DNA of 64,000 nucleotides from a virus: IMG/VR virus record IMGVR_UViG_3300003323_000465, positions 6,025 to 70,024 of that record; one strand, 5' to 3'. Shown piece by piece: positions 56,583 to 64,000 of this stretch (position 1 is its first letter; each line of letters starts with the position of its first letter). The notes under the pieces were generated by a model. It saw only the letters and a program-made list of their open reading frames with translations, ran no database searches and was not told where the DNA came from. The position numbers and the translations under genes were made by a program.

Positions 56583-56815
56583 AAATAATATCTAAGAGTC
56601 TTTTCACCCCAACCCATCAGGTAGTGTTAATTAATGGCTATAAAGATGATATTGGATATTGTATTGATCAAATTGCCGATGTATTTAATGTTAGAGTAAA
56701 TTTAGCATTAGGATATGGAGAAGATGAAGATAAAAGGGATGAAGCATTTATGGCATATAATAATACAGATGCTGATAAGTTTATAGATACCTGCATTGAA
56801 TTAATATCTGAATAA
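56579..56815 (+). CDS. Hypothetical protein
   Basis: 78-aa ORF. Confidence 0.55.
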   Translation: MKIISKSLFTPTHQVVLINGYKDDIGYCIDQIADVFNVRVNLALGYGEDEDKRDEAFMAYNNTDADKFIDTCIELISE

Positions 56816-56848
56816 ACATGTTCAATATATATAGTATATTTGCTATAT

Positions 56849-58888
56849 ATGTTGACGGAAAAGATTTATGGTATAACCTATGAATTACCAAAACCTCCCA
56901 AATATGGGGAGGTTTGTAATTTCCACAAACACAGGAAAGATCAGAAGTGGGAACGAGAAGAATTGCCAGATTGTTTTGATGATCTGGAATTTGATGCTGA
57001 TGGGGAAGCTGTGTATGAACCTGAGCATCTTGAATTTATTGAAAGAGAACTTGACCGTATAGAGAATGGTCATTGGCTATTCATTAATGGTAAGTTAACC
57101 TACCTTACAGGTCTACATTATTATTATCTACAGTATTGGGTTTTGGAAGATGGATATCGTCCAGATTATAGGGATGCTGATCGTAAATGGCATTATTTCC
57201 ACGATTATTGCCATAAACATCCCAAGATATTAGGGGTTATCCGTATTAAAAAGCGCCGTGAAGGGGCTACCTCACAAGCCGGTTGTTTTCTTGCCAAAGT
57301 TGCTACTTCCACTTATAACGCTAACTGTGGTCTTGTTTCTAAGACGGGTGATCCTGATGCCAAAAAAGCCTTTCTAAATATTGTTAAGGGATACAAAAAC
57401 CTTCCTGTATTCTTAAAGCCCCGAGTAGAGGATGAAGAGTCTAAGACTACTTTGCTTTTTAAGAAAAAGAAAAGTAAGAAACAGAACAAGGACAGGAAGA
57501 AAGGTGAAGTGGTATCTGGAGATATGGGGCTTGATTCTACCCTAGATTATCAGAACACAACCCTTAATGCCTATGACTCTGGTCGTCTCACCGCCTTCTT
57601 AGGAGATGAGTTTGGAAAGTTTGAGAAAGTACCGGTTAACCAATACTGGCCAATTGTTAAGAAAACGTTATTGAGAGGTGGGGTAAAAGTAGGGTTTGCG
57701 TTGCTCCCATCTACCGTAAATACAGGGGATAAAGGAGGTAAGGAATTTAAATCTATATGGGACGAATCAGACCACACCACAGGCGAAATTCCAGCTTCAG
57801 GATTATTCAGGTACTTCTCTCCCGCTGATGAAGCAATGGAGCCTTATATAGGTCCTTATGGGGAGTCTATTAAGGATACTCCGACTCCAGAACAAAGGGC
57901 TTATGTTAAGAAACGATATGGCATAGATATAACAACTGGAGCTACTGAATATATCCTTTCAGAAAGGAAGAAAATTAAAGATCCTGTTGTTCTCTCGGAA
58001 GAAACAAGGATGAACCCCCTGACCGAAAAAGAAGCGTTTATGATTGATGAACGCTCCTGCCACTTTAATGCAACTGAAATATATGCCCAACTAGAAGATT
58101 TGGATGCCCATCCTGTTCCGCTTCGCCGGGTTAGGTTCATCCCAAAAGGTAATGATGGTATGGCTGCAGATTGGGTTGATGATCCTAATGGGCCGTGGCT
58201 AATTCTTAAATTTCCCGATGCTGTAGAACAGAACGCCTTCATTACTACCGATCGCGGTAGGGAACCCATGTATAGCTATAAATATAAAACAGGGATAGAT
58301 CCTCATAGGGGCAGTTTTACAAAGGGGACAAAGGATCTATCTAAAACTGCAGGTTGGATAGGAGAAGCATTAGACCCTAATAATCCAGATAATACAGGAA
58401 TGCCTATAGCCCTATATTATGATCGGCCTCGCCTTAAAGAGGTTATGCACGAACAATGGAGATTGGCTTGTTTGTTTTATTCTTGTAAGGCCCATTTTGA
58501 ACACGATGCCGGGGATGATTATTATGATTACTTCAAGAACAGGGGAATGTTACAATACATTAGATGGACCCCAACCTGCGCGATAAACCCGCTGGAAAAG
58601 CATAAAAATAATAAACGCTTACCGGGCACTCAGTCTAAAGATCCGTTTAGTCTTGCTAAGCAGCTAGAGTATTGCACCATGTATATAGAACACCATTGCC
58701 ATAAAATAAAATTCCGTCCTGTTTTAGAGCAGTTACTGGAGTATGAACATGATAATCGAACCGTTTATGATATTGTGGTAGCCCTTATGATGTTGTTACT
58801 GGACATGGTAGGAGATGTAAAACCCGTAGCGCAGCTAAAGCCGGTAAGCACTCCTATTATTAAGACCTATAATCTAATAAATAGGTAA
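56849..58888 (+). CDS. terL: Terminase large subunit
   Basis: YLTG.HY.YL, K.RREG.T Walker A, GDEFGK Walker B, STVN and nuclease GIDP…D motifs. Start taken after the TATATTTG box at 56835. Confidence 0.9.
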   Translation: MLTEKIYGITYELPKPPKYGEVCNFHKHRKDQKWEREELPDCFDDLEFDADGEAVYEPEHLEFIERELDRIENGHWLFINGKLTYLTGLHYYYLQYWVLEDGYRPDYRDADRKWHYFHDYCHKHPKILGVIRIKKRREGATSQAGCFLAKVATSTYNANCGLVSKTGDPDAKKAFLNIVKGYKNLPVFLKPRVEDEESKTTLLFKKKKSKKQNKDRKKGEVVSGDMGLDSTLDYQNTTLNAYDSGRLTAFLGDEFGKFEKVPVNQYWPIVKKTLLRGGVKVGFALLPSTVNTGDKGGKEFKSIWDESDHTTGEIPASGLFRYFSPADEAMEPYIGPYGESIKDTPTPEQRAYVKKRYGIDITTGATEYILSERKKIKDPVVLSEETRMNPLTEKEAFMIDERSCHFNATEIYAQLEDLDAHPVPLRRVRFIPKGNDGMAADWVDDPNGPWLILKFPDAVEQNAFITTDRGREPMYSYKYKTGIDPHRGSFTKGTKDLSKTAGWIGEALDPNNPDNTGMPIALYYDRPRLKEVMHEQWRLACLFYSCKAHFEHDAGDDYYDYFKNRGMLQYIRWTPTCAINPLEKHKNNKRLPGTQSKDPFSLAKQLEYCTMYIEHHCHKIKFRPVLEQLLEYEHDNRTVYDIVVALMMLLLDMVGDVKPVAQLKPVSTPIIKTYNLINR

Positions 58889-58926
58889 ATATTAATATAC
58901 GTATCTTTACACATATATTTCATTAA

Positions 58927-61317
58927 ATGCTAGATTCATTATTTCAATTCCATGAAAGCTCTTCTGTAGAGAAGTCAAAGCCTGAGTTTGGGCTGGCAGT
59001 GGCTAAAGATATTGATAAAACTGTCCTGAGCGGCTTCGCAGGGTACTACACGACCCGTAACGCAAAATTCTACCAGAACCGCCGCATTGCTGATGGCAAG
59101 CAGGATATGACTCAATTCCTTGATTTAATGGGAATTGATGGTAAGCAATCTTTTACCAATGTGGACCTTACTGCTCCAAAGATAGCTACTAAGTTCATGG
59201 AATTGATTGTTCAGCGTTTTATGGAGCGGGACGAGAAAATACAAGTAAGCGCAATAGATCCTGTTTCTGCTAAGAGAAAGAATAATGAAAAAGAAGAGGC
59301 GGAATTTAGAATGGCTAATGCTGATTTCATTAAAAGTGTACAGGCTCAGGCCGGAGTGCCAGTAGAAGATCCTAATGCTTTTACTCCTATAGATAAAGAT
59401 GATCTTGAATTTTATTTTGGATATGAATTCCAATTGCCGGAAGAGATAGGATTTGAAAAAGGAATCAATTATGTACTGGTAGATAATGACTGGAATGTTA
59501 TTAAGAGGAAGGTGTTGGAGGATTTGAGTGAGTGTGGTTTAGGAGCTACTAAGGTTTATATTGATGCCAATAATAAGATACGTATTCGCCGTTGCCTCCC
59601 CGAAAACATGATGTATTCATGGAGTGAGATGGATGATTTTAGAGATATTACATGGGTGGGAGAAGCCATAAAAATGACTGTTAGTGAATACCGTACCCGG
59701 TTCTTTGATGAATATATCAAATTGTATGGTAAGAATAAGGCAGAAGAAGAGTTGTTTAATGATGTAAAGAACGCTCAAAATGGTGATCCTAAAGCTCGTT
59801 TGACATGGGAGCAAAACTATACCTATTCCTATTTCCGCCCCTATGATGATTGGAGTGTGGAAATATTGGATTTTGAATTAAAAACAACCGACAATGATGT
59901 ATATGTAGCTAAGGAGAACGATTTTGGCAGGGTTATAGCCGTTGATAAAAAGAAAAAAGCTCCTGAGGCTCCTGGCGACAAGAAAAAGGTTATTAATACT
60001 CCTATATATAATATATACCACGGATTTTATGTACGTAGGATAAATAAGATATTTTGCTGGGGAAAGGCTAAGAATATGATTCGTCCTCAAAGCAATCTGA
60101 GTGATGTATTCTTTTCTTATTCCCTACATATGTATCGCAACAGAGACATGATAAATGTTGCTCTCCCTGAGCGGATTAGCTCTTCTGTCAACCAAATGAC
60201 GTTAGCTCATCTGAAAATTCAGCAATTGATAGCTAAAATGCGTCCAGCTGGTCTGCAGGTAGATATTAAAGGTATTACCGGAATAGATTTGGGATTGGGT
60301 AATGTAATGCAGCCATTGGAGATACAGAAAGTGTATGACCAAACAGGTAACTTGTATTATAAATCATGGGATGAAGATCCAGATCACCCCTTACCACCTC
60401 CTATTAAGGAGCTTGCTAATTCAGGATCAGTAGCCCAGCTACAGGAACTGGTTACGATATATAATTTCTATTTAAGTAGGCTCAGGGATGATTTAGGCAC
60501 AAATGAATTCAATGAAGGTGCTGGACAGGTTAGTGGTAAGACATCTCCTACTTTAGCCCAGAATCAGGTCATTTCTGGTAATAGGGCTACAGAATTTATA
60601 TATGACTCCTATATGAATTTATTCAGAAATACTTCTCGTAGGGTGGCTATCTTGTTATGGGATAACATTATTTATGATGGTGGCCAATATAGGGAGTTTA
60701 TTGGGCAAGGCAAGCTGGAAGAGTCCAGATTCGACATTGATGTAGAGCCTATGCAAACCGCTGAAGATGTAGCTCAATTAAATCAAAATATAGCTATAGC
60801 TCTTCAAGAACAATCTATTACTTTCTTAGATGCAGAAAAGATTAGGAATATAGATAATACCAAGCTGGCCTACATGTATCTGGCAAAAGCCCAGAAAAAG
60901 AATAGGGAAGATAAAATAGCTGAACAACAGGCTAGTATTCAGGCCACTGCACAAGCTCAAATGCAATCGGCCCAAGCTACTTCACAAGGTAAAATGCAGG
61001 AAGCTCAAAATAAAGCTCAAATAGATGCTCAGTTGCAGCAAATGAAGGATAAAAATGGTTCTGAATTATCCATGCAAGAGTTTGTACAGAATCTGCTCAT
61101 GGAATCATTTAAGCAGAACAAGCCGCTTCCTCCAAACTTACAGGAAATTGTAGATGCTTATTTCACAGGTAAGGCAAGGCAAGAAATGGCTGAGCAGCAA
61201 ATTAACCAACAAATGATTCAAGCAGCACAGCAGCAGCAGGATCCCAATGCTCCAGTTCCAAGCCCTGAAGAAGAGCAGGCACAGATGCAGCAAATGGGGG
61301 ATGCGATGTCTGAATAA
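58927..61317 (+). CDS. Portal protein
   Basis: 796 aa after TerL, with .A.DP.S, TG motifs and a Gln-rich C-terminus as in crAss-like portals. Confidence 0.85.
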   Translation: MLDSLFQFHESSSVEKSKPEFGLAVAKDIDKTVLSGFAGYYTTRNAKFYQNRRIADGKQDMTQFLDLMGIDGKQSFTNVDLTAPKIATKFMELIVQRFMERDEKIQVSAIDPVSAKRKNNEKEEAEFRMANADFIKSVQAQAGVPVEDPNAFTPIDKDDLEFYFGYEFQLPEEIGFEKGINYVLVDNDWNVIKRKVLEDLSECGLGATKVYIDANNKIRIRRCLPENMMYSWSEMDDFRDITWVGEAIKMTVSEYRTRFFDEYIKLYGKNKAEEELFNDVKNAQNGDPKARLTWEQNYTYSYFRPYDDWSVEILDFELKTTDNDVYVAKENDFGRVIAVDKKKKAPEAPGDKKKVINTPIYNIYHGFYVRRINKIFCWGKAKNMIRPQSNLSDVFFSYSLHMYRNRDMINVALPERISSSVNQMTLAHLKIQQLIAKMRPAGLQVDIKGITGIDLGLGNVMQPLEIQKVYDQTGNLYYKSWDEDPDHPLPPPIKELANSGSVAQLQELVTIYNFYLSRLRDDLGTNEFNEGAGQVSGKTSPTLAQNQVISGNRATEFIYDSYMNLFRNTSRRVAILLWDNIIYDGGQYREFIGQGKLEESRFDIDVEPMQTAEDVAQLNQNIAIALQEQSITFLDAEKIRNIDNTKLAYMYLAKAQKKNREDKIAEQQASIQATAQAQMQSAQATSQGKMQEAQNKAQIDAQLQQMKDKNGSELSMQEFVQNLLMESFKQNKPLPPNLQEIVDAYFTGKARQEMAEQQINQQMIQAAQQQQDPNAPVPSPEEEQAQMQQMGDAMSE

Positions 61318-61336
61318 ACATATTTAAAAATATTTA

Positions 61337-61344
61337 TATATTTG
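61337..61344 (+). promoter_or_regulatory. -7 promoter box TATATTTG
   Basis: Consensus box before the scaffold gene. Confidence 0.65.
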
Positions 61345-61363
61345 CATTAATATTATATAAACT

Positions 61364-62512
61364 ATGGCGAAAGACAATTTATTTGAACCAGTTCAGGGAG
61401 GTGTTTATGGTAAGCCCGCAGAGGCGCCATTAGCCCCCCAAGAACCAGTTACGCCTCCTGTGAGCGCAGAGGCGGTAGCTACCGTAGAAGAACCTATAAC
61501 TCCGGCCGAAGCTGTAGAGACTCCAGTAGTGGCCGCTCCATCTTTTGATGATATGCTGCGAGAAAGGTCGGGTGGTAAATTCTCTAAATGGGAAGATATA
61601 GACGGGCTATTAAATAAGCCAGCCGAAGAACTGAAATTTGAAAACGAACAATCTAAAAAAGTTTTTGAATTGCTTAAGGCAGGTAAGGTAGATGAAGTAA
61701 TTGACACATTTAATCATCAGCGTGTACTTAATGGTATTGGTGAATTGAGTGATAAAGAAGCTGTTAAGTTGGCTATGAAATATAGGGATAATACTCTTAC
61801 TAGTGATGAAATTAATGATGAATTGAATGATCGTTTTGCTTTGGAGGCTCCTGATAAGCCAGAAGAGGATGATTATTTGACAACTGAAGAGTATCAGAAA
61901 GCCCTGAAGGGTTATGAAAAAAATCAGGCAGCCTATGAAAGGGCGCAACGTGCTGCTGAGAGGGAATTAAAGAAAGATGCTAAGGAGGCTCGTGCTTATT
62001 TAGAGTCATTAAAAAATGACATCGTTCTGCCTGATCTTCCAGCCATCCCGTCACAAGTACAAGCACAACCTACTATTGATCCTGTAGAGCAAGAAAGGTT
62101 GACAAAATCTATACAAGATTCCTTTGAATATGCTTTAACGAATCTTAAATCTCATACGTTCAAATACGCCGAGGATGGTGTAGAATTTGAAACAGGGTTT
62201 GATATTCCACAAGCAGCGATGGATGATATGTTAGGACGATTTGAAAAAGAAGAATTCACAGACGTATTTGCGAAAAGGTACATCAAGGGAGATGGGTCTT
62301 TGGATGCAATGAAGTTAATGGAAGAACTACATTTTTTAGAAAATCGTGATTCTATTATGAAAAATGGTATCAAACAAGCACTAGCAAAGGCCAAACTAGA
62401 TGTTGTTAAAGATATCAAAAACATTGATTTAGACCAAAAAACAAGGCAGCCAATTACTGTATCGGATGTAGAAAAACAAAGACAATTCGCATCCAGCTTT
62501 ATTAGTGCCTAA
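61364..62512 (+). CDS. Putative capsid scaffolding protein
   Basis: Acidic Pro/Glu-rich N-terminus and coiled coil, between portal and capsid genes. Confidence 0.7.
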   Translation: MAKDNLFEPVQGGVYGKPAEAPLAPQEPVTPPVSAEAVATVEEPITPAEAVETPVVAAPSFDDMLRERSGGKFSKWEDIDGLLNKPAEELKFENEQSKKVFELLKAGKVDEVIDTFNHQRVLNGIGELSDKEAVKLAMKYRDNTLTSDEINDELNDRFALEAPDKPEEDDYLTTEEYQKALKGYEKNQAAYERAQRAAERELKKDAKEARAYLESLKNDIVLPDLPAIPSQVQAQPTIDPVEQERLTKSIQDSFEYALTNLKSHTFKYAEDGVEFETGFDIPQAAMDDMLGRFEKEEFTDVFAKRYIKGDGSLDAMKLMEELHFLENRDSIMKNGIKQALAKAKLDVVKDIKNIDLDQKTRQPITVSDVEKQRQFASSFISA

Positions 62513-62539
62513 TCTGAAACCCTTAAATTAAAAAGCCAA

Positions 62540-63937
62540 ATGGCAGTTTTATTTCCTGGCGGCGTTGGTGTACCCGCCCAAACAAGACAAATACTTTCCG
62601 ACTTAACCCTGTTAACTCCCCACGTGTGGAAACAGTTTGTTGAGAAATATGGTGATCAGTATTACTACCTGATCCTTGAAATGCTCGGTAACAAAGAAAA
62701 TGTACCGGGTCAAATTTTTGAACACTTCGAGTCTCGCGGTAAACTGCACGATGCGGTTACTGTACAGACAGCGGTAGTTGCTCCTGCAGCTGGTGCTGAT
62801 GTTACCTTCGTACTCTCCGCTGCAGATCACTCTAATGGTGGTACTCAGTCTCCGGGTCGTGTAGGTGATGTAGTTAAGACCGATTCTGGCGCTGTAGAAG
62901 CTAAGATTGTGTCTATTAACACTACTACTCCTTCGGCTCACGCCTATACTGTACGTCCTCTGAAAACATCTCAGGCGTTCGTATCTTCTGGTAGTGCCAA
63001 CCTGTTAGCAGGTGAGGTTATCGTGTGGGTAGGTCGTACTGATATGGGTGAGGCTTCTACTCTGGGTAATACTAGCGTTCGTTTGACTGATCGTATTAGT
63101 AATACTACTACTGAAATTTCAGAAGAGTATACTACTACCGACCGGGCTATGATCGAACAGATCTTCTTTGAATTCGATGGCCAACAGTACATCAAAAACA
63201 AAGGTATTGACGAAACAACCCGTAGGTTTATCAACTCTATTGAGTTTAAACTAATCAAGGGTGATACCGCAAATAACCTTGCTGCATTAGGTGGATCTGT
63301 AGGTACTCAGGGTCTGATCCCGGCTATTACTCAGCGTGGTCAAACAGTTAATTATACCTCTGGCTCTTTCGATATTCCGAAATTGCATGAAATTTCCAGA
63401 GCTATTCTGTTTAATGGTGGTACCAATCTGTATCACTGGATGCAGGATATCTACCAGCGTCAAGAGTTGGATGATGAAATATTCACCACTTATAACAATG
63501 GTGCTATTAAATGGCAGGAAGCATATGGTGCTGATATGATCGAAATTGGTTATGGATTCTCTTCTATCAAGATCGATGATATTCAGTATGACATGAAGTT
63601 ATACCGTCCGTTCAACTCTGAAACCGTATACGGTAAAGCTGGTACTACTTCTCAGTACAGGAACTATGGTATTCTGATCCCGCAAGGTAAATTCTATGAT
63701 AGCCGCAACACTGTTCCTTATAAGAACCTGAGTGTGGTTAGTAATAGCGTTCCTAATGTTGGTACTACTTCTAGCGGTGGAGCAGATGATATCCGTCTGG
63801 TAACTACTGGTATGTTTGCTGAGGCTGGACCTAATAGCTCTGTAACTACTACTGCAAACTTCAGCGCAAGAATGTTGTGCTACAAAGGTCTGCGTGTAGC
63901 CGGTGCTAACCAATTCATCCAGGTTAAAGGTTCTTAA
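62540..63937 (+). CDS. Major capsid protein
   Basis: 465 aa, E.YG.Q, GTQGLI..I..RG and GFSS motifs. Codon usage typical of highly expressed genes. Confidence 0.85.
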   Translation: MAVLFPGGVGVPAQTRQILSDLTLLTPHVWKQFVEKYGDQYYYLILEMLGNKENVPGQIFEHFESRGKLHDAVTVQTAVVAPAAGADVTFVLSAADHSNGGTQSPGRVGDVVKTDSGAVEAKIVSINTTTPSAHAYTVRPLKTSQAFVSSGSANLLAGEVIVWVGRTDMGEASTLGNTSVRLTDRISNTTTEISEEYTTTDRAMIEQIFFEFDGQQYIKNKGIDETTRRFINSIEFKLIKGDTANNLAALGGSVGTQGLIPAITQRGQTVNYTSGSFDIPKLHEISRAILFNGGTNLYHWMQDIYQRQELDDEIFTTYNNGAIKWQEAYGADMIEIGYGFSSIKIDDIQYDMKLYRPFNSETVYGKAGTTSQYRNYGILIPQGKFYDSRNTVPYKNLSVVSNSVPNVGTTSSGGADDIRLVTTGMFAEAGPNSSVTTTANFSARMLCYKGLRVAGANQFIQVKGS

Positions 63938-63949
63938 TTTAACCCTATA

Positions 63950-63990
63950 AAAGTGAAGTGGCCTCTTTATGGGGCATTTTCATTTATATT
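63950..63990 (+). terminator. Probable terminator after the capsid gene
   Basis: Imperfect hairpin AAGTGAAGTGGCCTC…GGGGCATTTTCATTT followed by a T-rich tract. Confidence 0.45.
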
Positions 63991-64000
63991 TTTTTACTTA

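Larger units (their letters stand above)
1..63937. mobile_element. Tailed bacteriophage genome (most of it), Bacteroidota host, podovirus-like/crAss-related virion module
   Basis: Terminase-portal-scaffold-capsid block, tail spikes, endolysin/holin, primase-helicase and ERF are present. No host housekeeping genes. Bacteroidota-type TAnnTTTG promoters occur throughout. Confidence 0.93.

Noticed and set aside
162-63913. Numerous antisense and alternate-frame ORFs in the track (e.g. 5281-5523, 6566-7006, 57901-58269, 62612-62941)
   Set aside because: They are shadows of long genes on the other strand or frame with no recognisable motifs.
1-64000. Stop-codon reassignment
   Set aside because: Long genes are intact under the standard code, TAG, TGA and TAA all end genes, and no suppressor tRNA was seen.
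1-64000. Diversity-generating retroelement, integrase or DNA polymerase
   Set aside because: No RT, recombinase or polymerase motifs were seen in the ORFs. They could lie outside the window.

Overview
The window looks like most of a tailed phage genome infecting Bacteroidota. It is AT-rich, carries many TAnnTTTG -7 promoter boxes and lacks Shine-Dalgarno leaders. The virion genes suggest a podovirus-like, crAss-related layout. Plus strand 1-20.2 kb holds the tail stabilisation protein, putative ejection proteins (one of 2064 aa), tail fibres/spikes and a lysis cassette. Minus strand 20.2-43.6 kb holds phosphoesterases, a RuvC-like resolvase, a primase-helicase, an SSB, an exonuclease, ERF and about 50 small early genes. 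A non-coding divergent region lies at 43.6-44.6 kb. Plus strand 44.6-64 kb holds small genes, a Rep-like gene with iterons, candidate anti-defence genes, a GroES-like gene, terminase, portal, scaffold and major capsid. I saw no integrase, DNA polymerase, RNA polymerase, CRISPR array or reverse transcriptase. Main candidate novelties: (1) about 9-11 small early proteins sharing a C-x-x-G...(N/H)D signature; (2) a 47-aa gene overprinted inside the giant virion gene; (3) two intergenic loci, each a T-loop module followed by a second structured RNA, one with a kissing loop; (4) eight promoters whose -33 box is part of a palindrome; (5) a plasmid-like iteron/Rep module; (6) an overprinted peptide in the lysis cassette. 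All family assignments come from motif recognition by eye; no database searches were run.
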